Shown piece by piece: positions 108,328 to 121,876 of a stretch of 248,000 nt of DNA. Position 1 is the first letter of the stretch; each line of letters starts with the position of its first letter. Source of the DNA: Wallemia ichthyophaga EXF-994 (lineage: Eukaryota > Fungi > Basidiomycota); contig NW_008806282.1 in the NCBI RefSeq assembly GCF_000400465.1, forward strand, positions 20,001 through 268,000, in the 5' to 3' direction. A model generated the notes under the pieces. The model did no database searches and was not told where the DNA came from. It worked only from the letters and a program-made list of their open reading frames with translations. Both the position numbers and the translations under genes were made by a program.

Positions 108328-109872
108328 TCACATAACATATTTGAAATCATAACGTTCATCACCAGTAACGCCATTTCTATCTTGTTCATCTTTTTCCTCC
108401 TGCGTCATGGCTTCCTTGCGTTTGTTCCGTGCTGTGTAGTTGACCCACTGGGCAGCATACAGGACGCATGACATAGCCATCACTGACATACTGACAGCGT
108501 GTCCAATCCTGTTGGTAGTGTAGATTTGGCCTGCAATGATACCACCAATGTTACCAAAACTCTGGTTCATTCCCATTCCAGTTGAGCGCTTAGTTACACC
108601 GCTCGCGTTGGTGTTCCACATTGTTAGATTAAGGCCAACTGTTACGTATATTCCTGTCCCGCAGACAAAGCATGCGAAGTATTGTACACCGACTATATCA
108701 TCAACGCCAAGCAAGATGGCATATCCGGCAACAGTAATAAGAGACGCTGTGATCAGCATCGGTACTCTGTGATTGTAGCGGTCAGCAACCATGGCGCATA
108801 TGACATAAACGATCGCAGCCCAACAATAATTCGCAGCCGAGAGAAGATTGGCATTCACGTAATTGAATCCTAGGTCTTGAATAATTAGCACGAGGAATGT
108901 GGAATATCCAAATAGACAAGTGTCAGCGCCCAGCTGCGCGATGCAAGAGTAGTATACGGCTGGGTCTTTGAGACATTTTTTCACTTCTGTCTTATAATCA
109001 CCCATGAACTGATACTTTGCCCCGTGTGCATACCTCACTTGCATTAGATATTTCTCCCTCTCATTGAGATACCAGGCCGATTGACTATCCTCTGCCAGAA
109101 GGAAGAAGAGCACGATGCCCCAAACGACGGTGAGCAAGCCTTCAAATAGGTAGAGAATCTGCCATCCTTTTAAACCACCACCATTCAATTGTAAAAGTCC
109201 AGAGGAGATAAGGCCACCGAATGCGGAAGAGATGGCTGCTGCGACAAACAACATTGCTGTCCTAAATGCAATCTCGTTTCTTTTGTAAAAAAATGTGATG
109301 TAAATAGCAAGGCAAGGGAAAAGAGCGGCCTCAAAAGCACCTAAAATGAGCCTCAGAGCAACTAGAGTTGCAAAATTTTCCTGAAAACCACTGCCAATGA
109401 CTACAGCGCCCCACAAAATCATTATAGCGCTCATCATATATCTTACCGGAAATCTTTTCATAAGACTTGATAGAGGTGCTTCAAACAGGACGTAGAGTAC
109501 GTAGAACACACTGGTTGCAATGTTAATGCCATTCGAGGGCATGTTGTTCAAGTCTTCTACCATTCCGCCTGAGGCTGCATTTCCAATGTTGCTTCTCTAA
109601 TATGGCGTGAGTGTGAGGTGTCTGAAATAGACAACTACGCACGTCTAAAAAAGATAAGAAGTAGGAGAAGCTAGTAGTAGTCAGATTGTATCTAAAGAAA
109701 TACTCCAAACTCACCCCAAAACAGGACATATGAATAGGTCTAGCTTTCGCACTAGCTTTTTTTCTTCTTTGGGATCAATTTGGACAGTGGAGAGGTCTTC
109801 CTCATGGTCATTGATACGGAAAGACTGGACTGAACCGTTGATTGAATTGTTGTCCTTTTCTTTGTCGTTCAT
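108328..109872 (-). CDS. MFS transporter, allantoate/nicotinate (ACS) family
   Basis: LRLILGAFEAALFP, ITFFYKRNEIAFR, TKRSTGMG..GNIGGIIA. Confidence 0.85.
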
Positions 109873-109911
109873 TTTGTGTTGAGTGTTTTATTGACAATAT
109901 AAATCACGCGA

Positions 109912-109954
109912 GATAAGGAAGTGATAGTAATATATGACCAATTCTTATCTTATC
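109912..109954. promoter_or_regulatory. GATA motifs in the divergent MFS/oxoprolinase promoter
   Basis: GATAAG at 109912, CTTATC/TTATC at 109944-109954; another GATAAG near 110263. Confidence 0.45.
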
Positions 109955-110363
109955 GCTTAGAAGAATGCTGATAGCTAACTTCTGACTTCTGCTGACTTCT
110001 GCTGACTGCTACAAAGACACGAGTCTTCGACCACCTTCGGCTCTACTCCAAGAATTAATAAAACCAGTCTATTTATATCACCGAGCTGCGTGATCTTGTT
110101 CACTGCAGGTTGAAATTTGACAGCTTTATAGTCAGATGACGTCGTCAATTTCGTCTATTGGTTCTTCCCTGCGGAAAATCCGATTGAGATTAGTCTTATG
110201 AATATTTTCAGCTCACGCTTCCTGCAGTGCCCTCCTGACCCAGTCACACCATCGGCTGGGCAGATAAGATTCATCTCGGCTAGAGGTTTCGCTTCAAATA
110301 ACCTCTAAGACCTTGCTATCGACTTCGTTTCGTCATACAACCAAACAACCAACCAATAACGAA

Positions 110364-112799
110364 ATGACAATTCCAGACAGATCAATACGCGTATCCGCAG
110401 ACAGAGGTGGTACTTTCACAGATATTATAGCCAGCTTTCCCAAGAACGGAAAGCACGAGGAGATTGTGGTGAAATTGCGTGAGTTTAGTGGTGGAGGTAC
110501 AAAGACTGCACTAACGAGTACTAGTATCGCAGGACCCCAACAACTACGCAGATGCTCCTACTGAGGGTGTGTAGTACTTGATTTGATCCGAGAAGCCCCC
110601 ACTTAACCCACGCAGGCATCCGCAGAGTGATCGAGATAGCCACCGGCGAATCTATTCCACGTGGCCAGAAGGTTCCATCGAAGAAACTCGATAATATCCG
110701 CCTTTCCACCACTGTAGCGACCAATTCACTTCTCGAGAGGAAAGGGGAAGAGCACGCGCTGCTTATCACGAAAGGATTCAAAGATCTTCTTGAGATCGGC
110801 AACCAGTCACGTCCAAAGATATTTGATTTGTCAATTAAGCGCCCATCGACGCTGTATAATGACGTCATCGAGGTAGATGAGCGCGTCACTCTCGTTGGAT
110901 ACACGCAAGATCCAGAAAGTGGAGAGAATGCGGTGCAGTTCGACGCCAAGGGCCGCATTGCCCGTGGCTACAGAGGCAAGGGTTGGGATGGTCAAGGTGA
111001 CGCAGAAGGTCCTGGCGACGTCGTGATGGGTGTGTCGGGCGAGGCTGTGCGTATACTCAAGCGACCTGATCTCGCTGTTGTGCGCCAGGACTTACAGAGG
111101 CTTTACAAGAAAGGTATACGCTCACTCGCTATTGTGTTCGTGCACTCATACACATACCCCAAACACGAACAGGAGGTGGCTGATTTAGCTCGCAGCATCG
111201 GTTTCACGCATGTGTCTGCCTCCTCCCAGCTCCTGTCTATGATTAAAATGGTGCCAAGGGGGGTGAGCGCAACTGCCGACGCATACCTCACCCCGGTCCT
111301 CTCAGACTACATCAACGGCTTCTTCCATGGCTTCGACGACGCTATCGGAGATGGTAGCGGTGCTGACGGGGGGTGCAAGGTAGAGTTCATGGGCAGCGAC
111401 GGCGGGCTGTTAGATTTGAGGAACTTTTCGGGCCTCAAAGCAATCTTGTCAGGACCTGCAGGTGGAGTAGTCGGTTATGCGCTCACTTCCTGGGACGAAA
111501 AGGCTAGAATACCAGTCATCGGTTTGGATATTGGCGGTACCTCAACCGATGTAAGCAGATTCGCTGGCGCTTACGAGACAGTGTACGAGACCACGACAGC
111601 AGGTGTTTCCATCCAGTCACCGCAGCTTGATATAAACACCGTAGCTGTGAGTTTTATAGCTAAATCCTCGCGCATCTAACAAACAAACACAGGCCGGTGG
111701 TGGATCGTGTCTTACTTTTAGAGACGGGCTGTTCCACGTTGGACCACATTCAGCGGGTGCACACCCCGGTCCAGCCTGCTATAAGAAGGGTGGACCGCTG
111801 GCCGTTACTGATGCGAATCTGTTTCTCGGTCGACTTGTTCCATCGCGCTTCCCGCGCGTGTTCGGACCCAACGAAAACGAGCCAATCGATCCATCGGCAT
111901 CTGCGGCGGCATTTGGGGAGCTAGAGAGGCAGATCAAGGCGGAGACCAACGCAGAGCATGATTTGGACGCTATTGTCTATGGATACCTCAAAATAGCTAA
112001 TGAGACAATGGCGAGACCAATACGCACGCTCACGGAAGCTAAGGGCCATGCGACGTGGTCGCACATTCTCGCAGCTTTCGGGGGTGCTGGTGGTCAGTCA
112101 GCTGCTGAGATAGCCCAGATACTAAAAATCTCGCGCGTTGTTATCCACAAATACTCGTCTATTTTATCAGCATTCGGTTTGTCGCTTGCAAATAGGACTT
112201 TCGAGAAACAACTGCCAAGTTCAAAGCTGTGGAATCAAGACAGCAAGCCTGAATTCACGAAGAGGTTGGATGAGTTGGCGGGAGTTGTCAAGCAGGAGTT
112301 GAATTCACAGGGCTTCGATAACGAGAGAATCACTCTGGAAAGATACCTCAATATGCGCTTCGACGGGAGTGACACAACACTCATGATTACGACAGACTCG
112401 GACGAACACTTCCACGAAGCATTCAAGGAACGCTACATCGACGAATTCGGCTTCCTTCTTGAGTCTGATATTATGGTCGACGATGTTAAGGTGAAGGGGA
112501 TTGGTAAGACTTATGATCAGCTCGGAGAATCTGCGCTGAGCGAGTACTCCAATTTGAAGCGCAGGCCACTCACGAAAAAGGACGCTGACAGTACACAACC
112601 ATCCTACTTTGAAATTCAAGGCAAGGGCCAGAGAGTAGAGACGCCGGTGTATGTGTTGGATAACTTGCAAGTTGGAGACACCATCACAGGACCAGCCATC
112701 GTAATCGACAATACGCAGACTATCGTGGTGTTACCAGATTGGATTGCAACATCTACCACTCAATGTTTGTTTCTTGAGTGCGAGAAGCTGAAACAGTAG
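110364..112799 (+). CDS. 5-oxoprolinase, hydantoinase-A half only
   Basis: DRGGTFTD, TTVATNSLLERKG, LSGPAGGVVG, DIGGTSTDVSR; stops right after GPAIVIDNTQT with no B domain. Confidence 0.8.
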
Positions 112800-113069
112800 A
112801 GTGGAGTGCATGTAGAAATTAAAAGGATTAGAAATTCAAATGTATCTACGTTTCGAAATTAGAGTATAATAGTAAAGCAAAAAGGTATCAATTGAGTGGT
112901 GTATTCCATTGATAGATCTAAAAAGGGAATAGAAGGTAAGGGTTAGTAGAAATGTTAATTTGGGAGAAAATTCAAGTTATCAATCTAGCTGTGATTGTCC
113001 GGTATTAATGCGTCAGTTATTAGTGAAAAGAAGAATTAAAAAAAGTGGAATTCCTGTAAATCATCCAAA

Positions 113070-114804
113070 CTACTCCAAGCTCGCGTTGTAGTACTGATAG
113101 TTGTTCGGCCCAGGCGTGCGAACCGAATCTTCAACGAGGGGCGGAGGCTGGTAAGCGAACTGACCCTCGCCGTTATCAGTATAGTCTTCGCCGAGCCCGA
113201 GCGCCGACATCCTATCAGCAGACGTGGGCGGACAAGTGAAGCCGAAGCTAGCTACAGTTGGTGTCCTAAAGTCGTCCTCGTAGAATGAATGTGTTGAAGA
113301 GGCTGGTATAGTGTCGAAGGAGGGAAGCGATTGGGTTGTGCGTGGGACGGTGTAATCGAATTCCAAGTTAGACGACTGAGTGTGCTGAATGGGAGCGTAG
113401 GCCATGTCAAAGTGATTAAGGTGACCGATGTGGCCAAAATCGAAAGGAGAAACAGAGCTCATGGTACTGATTGTAGGGAGCGAGCTGCCGTAAATGGTTT
113501 GTGGTTGAGAATACCCAGTGTTGTGTATTTGTTGTTGTTGTTGTTGTTGCTCCTGCTGCTGCTCGAAATAATTCAGCTCCCTGGCAAAAGAATCCTCAGA
113601 ACGGTGTTTGCGCATTGGGCCAGATGAAGGCTCAATAGCTTCTCCAAAAGGTAGCAAGCCGAGATGCTCTGGTGAGCCATATTGGCTGGAGGAAGAGGGG
113701 CGCGACGAGTACTGACTGGCTGAGTCTGAGTTAGTAAGCGAAGACATGTACGAGCAGTCAGACAGAGTGTCTGAGTCTGAAGTCCTTGCGAGGGAACCAC
113801 TATGGGTACTACTATGGAAGCTGCGGTAGGCATCCTTGCCGTCTCTCGAATGTGTGCGGGTATGCACCGCGAGGTTATCAGAGCGGGTAAAAGACTTGAG
113901 ACACACGTCACATCTAAATGGACGCTCTTTGGTATGGGACCGCCTGTGTCTGCGGAGATGTTCATGCCGCTTAAACGCTTTGCCGCATTCGTCACACCGG
114001 AAAGTGCGCTCATCGGGTAGCTCGTTAGTGAGGTGCTCGAGGTGGTTCCAAGGGGGCAGTTTGGAAGGGGTGTCTTTGTGTGCAAGACTGCGCTTCTGTA
114101 AGATCTTTCTCAGAGTCTTTCCCTGCTTGTAGAACTCAGAGCCATTTTTTGTGCCGAGGAGAAAGACGTGAGAGAGGTTGTTGTCGTTGAGCTGTTGGTG
114201 GAGAGAGCAGTCATGGAGCCATTTGAATTTGAAGCTGGGCTCAAAAGTTGCAATTGTAGAGGCCTGTGCGGAAATTAGAAATTGAGGTACGGCGGGAGTA
114301 ATTGAATAGCCAACGCACGGGGTTGCCGGCAGCCTCGCGTTTCAAGTCACGCTCCAAGGCGTCGAGAAAAAGTCTGTCATGCGGCACAGCGTGCCAATTG
114401 AAGAGCTTTTGCTTCTTCTGGGTGCGGATAGCGCCATATCTGAAGAGAAGATCGAGAAGTTCACTGCCATTATCTTGAATGATGCTGTCAATACCAGGTT
114501 TTAAGTTGCGTAGGTCAGAAGAGATGCCCTCGTTGAGTTTTCTGTGGTCACGGATGTGTCTGCCGAGAGAGACAAGTTTAAAGCCGACGATCTTGAATAG
114601 GTCGGATGAGGATATGTAGAGATCGTTTAACCAGCGAATGCAGTGAATGTAATTTGATTCGCTCTCTAGTGGTATTCTGTGTATTAGAGCATGTGGATGG
114701 AGTGGACCTAGATCCAGCTCGTTATTAAACAGAGAAGGAGCCTCAATTAAGAAATTATTTAGAATTTTAATCGAACCAGCGATTTGAACGTCTATTTTAT
114801 CCAT
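113070..114804 (-). CDS. STE12: Ste12-like transcription factor with two C2H2 fingers
   Basis: STE domain (EGISSDLRNLKPG, IRTQKKQKLFNW, LFLDALERDLKRE); fingers LFKRHEHLRRH, FTRSDNLAVHTRTH. Confidence 0.88.
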
Positions 114805-114862
114805 GTCTAATGGTTTAACAGGCACCAGGCCAAATTGTGATGATCGTTGAGTTGAAACACCC

Positions 114863-116839
114863 ATGTCAACGACATCTGAAGTTGATGCCGAGTGCACACT
114901 CCTCGAGCAGAATTTGACTAAAGTGAATAATTTGACTAACTCAATGAGCTCAATGGTGTTTAGTCTAGAGGATAGGATGACTAGACTCGAGGGTGCGGTA
115001 ACTCCGCTGCAATCATCGACCAATGGTTTGGATGTTGTCTGTAGGAGTGAGTGTAGGATTGTGTGTTCGAATCTCTCCTAATTCATTTGATACATAGACA
115101 TTCAATCCTCACTCAACGCCATTGATAGCGATCAAAGACTATCAACGATCACCAGCGATGACGAACAAGCAATTATCGCAGGTGCTGATTCAAATGATAT
115201 TAGACCTTACTTGAAATTAGTTTGTTCGCTATGCAATCAACTTAAACACCTAAAACACTCCCAATGGTCTTCTTCTAAGAATGCTGCCACCGATCTCAAG
115301 AACCATGTTCAATCAGGTACACAATCCCTATTAAGGGTGTTTCAGGGCTGGGTTAGAGACGTAAGCATCCCAATTGATGCCGATAGCTGGAATCTCTTGG
115401 ATTTCCCGGGTATACCTCAACACGCCGTCGCGAGGTTAAGTGCCTTTATTGATGCTGTTTATCCTATACTAGACCAACTAGATGACTCTGCGTATACTCA
115501 TCCTTCTATCATTTACTCCTCTGAACGCGCACGCTACTTAAACATTTCTCTCCAGCCAATCTACAAAAAGTCTCAATTTTCACTTGATGCTCATTCTAAA
115601 TCTGGTCCACTTGGTACTCCTTTATATCTAAAAGGTTCTCAATCTCTTTCATCCCTCATAAAGACTGCAATAGCAATGGCTGACGTCGAGTGGCTCTCTG
115701 TCGTTGCTTTGTTTGGCAGGTGTGTTGATGATACAGGCGATAAGAAGGAAACAAATCCCTCAGATTACTCATCTCACTCAATCCATTCCCCCTTTACCTC
115801 TGCAATTGCACCAGCTGCCACTCTCATCCACTCCGCTACTTCAAACATATTCTCTCTTGCACGTTCAACCCCTCTCAAACACATTTTCCCTGTCTTAGAT
115901 GTTATTGAAGGTGTTACTCCACTCGCTGAGCCCTGGGACAAAGCCGTCACTGCGAGATGCACTCAGCCATCCACCAACCAAGTCGCCGCTTTGGTTGAGG
116001 AGTGTCGCTCAATCGCCCTGCACAGCTTTTCCGATGTTATCAAGCGCGTGCGCTTGCATAACGAAGAGAAACACATGACGGATGTGTCAGTAGTGACGAA
116101 TGATACCATTGCATATCTCAAAGAAATACCCGCATATTCCAACACTATGGAGCAGCTCCTGAGGCGTGTGGAGTGGGGGGGAAGGAGTGAACAACGCGCA
116201 CCACGCGCCAACCTCCTCGAGAATTACCTCCGTGATGTACTCACTAATCTGATAACCACACTCACGCACCTCAAACCAAATGCCTACACTACCATTTACA
116301 CGCTCAACAATCTCTCAGTGCTGCGACGCGAGCTGATAGAAGCTTGCGAGCCGGTATCACTCGACCCTAGCAAAGCCGACTCCCCCTCAAACCGCGACAT
116401 AGGAGATCTTTTAGGTGAAGCAGCTGAAGATGCACTCAACGACGCTTTGCGGACGTGGCGCATGGCGTATCTCGACGCAGTGTGGAAACCGTCCCAGGTG
116501 GCGCTGACGTCGGATGAGCTGAGCACCACAAATCAAGGGCCACACGTCCCCACGGCATTAGGGGGGAGTGCCGAACGTAAACAGCTCATCAAGGATAAGT
116601 TCAGCAGATTTAACGAGGCATTTAGCCATCTCGAAAGCTTGCATACCAAGCACCCCGTCGCCAAACGCGACAAAACGCTGCTTGGCAGACTAGGCAAGGA
116701 GTGCAAAGCTATGCTCCTACCTCCATACGCTACGCTCTGGGGTAAAAACCAGTCGGGGGACTTTGCCAAGACACCGTCAAAGTATATGCGCATCACACCT
116801 GATCAGCTCGAGGCGCGTATTGATGGGTTGTTTGTGTAG
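114863..116839 (+). CDS. EXO70: Exocyst subunit Exo70
   Basis: N-terminal coiled exon, IYTLNNL, IKDKFSRFNEAF, FAKTPSKYMR. Confidence 0.8.
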
Positions 116840-116997
116840 ATGGCTTGTCTATTTAGTGTGCGAATTGGCGTGTACATTGCGTCTTTATATTTGTTTTACT
116901 TTTTACTTTTGTGTGCGCGTGTGTGCATGTGTGCATTTGCGTCACTTGATTAGCAACTTCAATCACCAAACAAAATACACCAGTCAAAAACCAGAAG

Positions 116998-119900
116998 ATG
117001 GGAGTACCAGGATTATGGGATGTGAGTGGCAGAATGGCGTGAATGTACCGCTCAATTGGCTCCAGCTCCTCCGCCCAGCCGCGTGCTCCCACTCGCTATC
117101 GCGGATGTCTGTCGATGCGTTTGTAGCAAACAACCGTGGACACCGGGGACTGCGCGTAGGCGTAGATGCCTCAATCTGGCTTATACACTCACAAACAGCG
117201 CCTGGCGGTCTAAATCCAGCACTCCGCACGCTTTTCTTCAAACTGAGCAAGCTGATGACGCTGCCGATACTCCCTCTATTCGTGTTCGATGGGCCAGGCA
117301 GGGTGGGTTATGAGAGTGCGCAGTAGACCGCCTTTTTAATGCACTACCCACAGCCCAAAATGAAACGCGGTAAACAGGTACGCGGGAGACAGCCCCGCGG
117401 ACTTAAAGACTTTATTAAGCTTATCGACGCTTTCGGCTTTGAGCATCACCAGGCGCCCGGTGAAGCAGAGGCTGAGCTAGCCCATCTGTCCAAGATGGCC
117501 ACCATCGACGTCATCCTCTCTGATGATGTCGATAGCCTGCTTTTCGGCGGTGTCAAGATTCTGCGCAATTGGTCCCTCACTCTGTCGGGGAACAGCAGTC
117601 GATCTCAGCTGCAACTGCAGGCAGATGGACAAACCCGCACCCATGATTCACTTGCTGCCGACGATCACCGCGTCGAGACCTACACACTTTCCGACGTGCA
117701 CAGTCATCCCTCCACCGCCGTCACGCCTGCTGGGCTTATTCTCGTTGCGCTACTTGCAGGCGGCGACTACCACCCAGTGAGCGGGAAATATTTCTCTCAT
117801 TGCACTGTCTCACTTCAATGCAGGCCGGAGTGCAGAACTGCGGGACCAAAAACGCTTTCGGCTTGGCGCGAGCAGGTTTCGGGGAGAAGCTGATGGAGGG
117901 TGTGAGCTTGACACCGCCATCTGAGCTACCTTCCTTTTTGGATGCGTGGCGGGCTGAAATGCGCGAGGAGCTCACTCACAACACCTCCGGTCACCTCAGC
118001 AGCAAACGTCCAGCAGTAGCTGCAGCGCTAACGCCATCTTTCCCCGACATGGAGGTTCTCGCACGCTACACGCACCCACTAACGACGGCGTCGACCGAGT
118101 GCGACGCTGTTTACCGCGCCTCACTCGCCGCAGTCCGTTTCGCGAAAGAGCCCGATATCGCAGCCCTAGCCCGTTTCTGTGAGGAATACTTCGAGTGGGG
118201 TGAACGCTCGCGGATCGTTGCCAAATTCCGCAGCAGCGTCTGGGACGGGGTGTATGTGCGTGCGCTGCGCGCTGCCACTTGCGCTCTGGATAGTGGGGAA
118301 TGTGGGGAATTCAACGAGGAGGCCAAATCTCATCTCGTCCGCATACACCAAACTCGCAACAAAAGCAACGCAGAAAGGTACGTCGAGTACCGCATTTCAG
118401 TCGATCCCGCACCTTACGTTCGCATCGTGGAGATGGCACTTACTGGTGACATGCGCGCTTTGAGAGAGGCTCGTAAACGCAACGACCCTGCTCTGCGCGA
118501 TCTGCGCAACGCCTTGCCAGATGAGAACGGTGGTAACAGCCTTGGCACGGATGTCTCCTCGTCTAATTTGGATCTGACAGCGGATCCTACCCCATCTCAA
118601 ACTCAAACTCAAACTCCATCGCAGTCGCTGAATACACAAAAATCTAAACCACCTACTGACCAACACGCCCCGCTGAGAATGTGGGTGCCGTCGCAGATTC
118701 TCCGCGCCGCTTTGCGCAATGAGACGGATGCTTTCGATAGCGGACGTGGTGTTCATTCCAGTGGTAGCGAAAGAGTGGCGACAGTAGCCCCGAGCCGCAT
118801 CCCACACCCTGCATCTGCTTTAGTACGCGAGAAGACCATTGTGGATGAGCAAGATAAGCAAGATGAGCAAGGAGATGGTAATGGTGGCGGTGATAATAGT
118901 GACATTACTACTCGATATAGAAGTGTCAGAGGTAGTAGAGGTGGGAGAGGTAGAGGTGGTGGTAGGCGCAGACGCGCTACTGCCAACGACTTCACCACAA
119001 ACACGCACAACACCCTCACTCGTCACGCTACCATAGAAGACCAGCCTGATTACACTCAAGCTAACAACTTTGATTTCGTCGATTTCACCGACTCGAATAA
119101 CCCCATCGTCCTGCCTTCTCCACCCAAGGTGAGTCGTAAGAGGGCGACAAAGGGCGGTGTAAATGTGGCGAGTACGGAAGGTTACGTAGGCAACCGCGCA
119201 AGCACTCAACGCACCCAGCAAACTCAACACACTCAACGCACTCCACGCAAAACCAGCGGTAGTAAGCGCCACGTCGATAGTACGTCGACTGACAATCTCG
119301 GTGAGCGTTTGAAGCGGATTGGTGCGGTGGGAGAGGGTGCACAAGACACTGCAGCGCCTGAAGATTTAAATGCCAGGGAGGAATTAAGAGATTCTGAAGA
119401 CGCAGCATACTCAGGATACTCAGGATATTCAGGTCATCCTCAACATCATCGACACTCTCCGCCCAGCTGCAGCAAAACTCCATCAAAACCCAAACAATAT
119501 AGCCTCGCCAGCCCTCTGGATGCATCGCTCAGTCCACCGTCGCCTTCGGCGTTGTTTGGTTTGGGTGGAATGGGTGGAAATGAGAAGGAGAAGGGGGAAT
119601 TTGGGGAATATGCTCTGAGGCATAGGCATAAACCTAAAAACAAAAACAAGGAACCGATACAGATTGACGATTCACCCGTAAACACAAACAACACCCAGGA
119701 CCTAGATGGAGAAAGAGCGAAAACGACCCGTACACACGCAAGCCACTCACCTATCAACATTTCGAGCGACGAAAGCTCAACGCCGCGGGGGAAGAGTACG
119801 AGCGTGGTGAAGGGGAGTAAGAGTAGGAGTAAAAAGAGAGATTCACTGTCGCCGTCGTTGCGGCGTAGGAGTGAGGGCAGCAAAAGAAAGAACAAGACAC

Positions 119901-120004
119901 TTACGGGTGTGTTCGCCGGGCGTAAGCCTGTGCATACGCCTGCATCTACGTCTGCCCACAAGCAGTTAAACAGCAAGACAAACGACGTTATAGATCTGAC
120001 GTAG
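116998..120004 (+). CDS. Gen1/Yen1-like Holliday junction resolvase (XPG family)
   Basis: MGVPGLW, GVDASIWL, APGEAEAELA, SDDVDSLLFG, ALLAGGDY. Confidence 0.82.
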
Positions 120005-120103
120005 AGATGATGATGTAATAATACAACACAAATGGAATTTGAGTTTAATTGAGTTAATGTACAATAGACCACTATGCAAAAAGTAATTGAAAATATAGTC
120101 CAA

Positions 120104-121846
120104 CTACCAAAAGTTTTCACTGCGTGCTTCAACACTATACTCACCTCTTTCGCATCTCTTCCTCCGCTCAAGCAACCAAGCGTCGAACCAATTTTTCATT
120201 CGCAGGCGACTCGCCGGCTTTGCATTGTTGACAGTGGCGATGATGCGCGTGTGGTCAATGGAGAGAGCGAAGCAAGTGAGTTCCGTGAAAGATGAATGTT
120301 CCGAGTAAGGTACGCCATAGCAGCTAACGTAATCGTTAGAGCCGCGTGTGCTGTGAATGTGTTTGTGCGTGTACGTGTCCCACCTGCTGAGGTCTTGTTT
120401 AAGGAGGAGGTCGATGGACGGCGACTTGCTATCACTTGCCGACCCACTCCCACTACTGCTTTCGCTCTTGCCGCCCCTTCCGCCCCCGCTGTACGTCCAG
120501 CCGGTCGGCTTAATGCCGATTACGCGCGAAAAGCGCCCGTTGAATCTGGATATGTAGTCGGGAAGCGCGGCAATAGTTACCCCACCCAGACCCTGAATGT
120601 GCACTTGAGCAGCGTAAGGGTCGGAAGTGAGGAGAGCATCGAGGTCGCTGTCGCGCTCGTTGCGCAGAAGCGCTTGTCGCCGCTTATCGGCGTATACTTT
120701 GGAATTGAGGGCATGAGCAATCGCCTTTACTATCCGCTCCTTGCCGATGGAATAGGTGCCGACCACAACGAGGACATCGTTGGGGAGAGTATGTGGGTGA
120801 ATATTTTCATTTTCACTTTTATTTTCACCACTGGATGGTTTTTCATCTGTCACGTACTCACCATGCTCATCTTGCTCAGGAGCACCACTCAGCTTCTTCC
120901 AGCCACCCTTGATCATGTCGAGCATTGAGCTGTTTGGCTGCATCAGGCTATTCACTCGCATCTCACCCCGTAAATTCGCGAGGACGAGGTCGCGGCAGGC
121001 ATCAATAACGAGTGGCTGTGGAGGGAAGGAGTAGGTGGGATTGAGGTAGGTGGTGTCTAAGTAGATAATGTCGAATTTTGACCGAGCGATGGCGGGATGG
121101 CGTATGTGTCTGGGACTGGCCCTGAAATCGCCGCAATGGAGGTATTTGAAAGAGCGGCTGCTGCCGATCCACGGGGAAGTGAAAGTGGATGGCGCAGCAT
121201 CGACTGTCTGCCTACCCTCGAAGACAATAATGCAAGAACCGGGGCAGTGGTTTGCGTCGATAAGGGTCGCGGTGACGCCATTCGTGCCTGGGATGGTGTG
121301 TGCAGTGTTGAGTGAGAGCGGGCGGAGGTACTCTCGCTTGACGCTTGTTATGTGGTGGACGAGCTCGGCCGTAATCTCGGAGCAGTATATCGGACCACCA
121401 CTCCAGTTCTTGGATAGTGACTGATAATGGTCGCTGTGGGCGTGTGTGAGGAAGTAGGCTGTGATATTGGGGATGGACGAGTACGCGAACGCGTCAACGG
121501 CGATGGGCATTCCTTGGAGTATCTTGTAGAAAGGAGGTTGGCGCGGTTGGCGTGGCTGTGATTGTGCGTCTGCCTCCGCATCTGCCTTCTCTTCGGGGTT
121601 ATTGGATGACATGAGCACGTTGAATGCAGATATCTTTTTCTTCTTCGCGGGTGGCGGGGGAGGAGTGGGCGAGGGGGATAATCGCTTGTCTTGTACTTGG
121701 TTGTTCTCTAGCTGCTTATCAGCCACAGCCACAGCATCATAGCCACCATCCAGGCATCGGTTCACGTGGTGATTTGCAGCTGGTTGATCGTGATTGGACA
121801 AATCTAGATTGCAAACCGGGCAAAATGGGCAAACCGGGAGATCCAT
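120104..121846 (-). CDS. PSO2: Interstrand crosslink repair nuclease Pso2/Snm1
   Basis: UBZ finger, LTHAHSDHY, DANHCPGS, HCGDFR, VPYSEHSS. Confidence 0.9.
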   Translation of the reverse strand: MDLPVCPFCPVCNLDLSNHDQPAANHHVNRCLDGGYDAVAVADKQLENNQVQDKRLSPSPTPPPPPAKKKKISAFNVLMSSNNPEEKADAEADAQSQPRQPRQPPFYKILQGMPIAVDAFAYSSIPNITAYFLTHAHSDHYQSLSKNWSGGPIYCSEITAELVHHITSVKREYLRPLSLNTAHTIPGTNGVTATLIDANHCPGSCIIVFEGRQTVDAAPSTFTSPWIGSSRSFKYLHCGDFRASPRHIRHPAIARSKFDIIYLDTTYLNPTYSFPPQPLVIDACRDLVLANLRGEMRVNSLMQPNSSMLDMIKGGWKKLSGAPEQDEHGEYVTDEKPSSGENKSENENIHPHTLPNDVLVVVGTYSIGKERIVKAIAHALNSKVYADKRRQALLRNERDSDLDALLTSDPYAAQVHIQGLGGVTIAALPDYISRFNGRFSRVIGIKPTGWTYSGGGRGGKSESSSGSGSASDSKSPSIDLLLKQDLSRWDTYTHKHIHSTRGSNDYVSCYGVPYSEHSSFTELTCFALSIDHTRIIATVNNAKPASRLRMKNWFDAWLLERRKRCERGEYSVEARSENFW

Positions 121847-121876
121847 CGGGTGCAATCTTCTTACCAACCGACGGTG

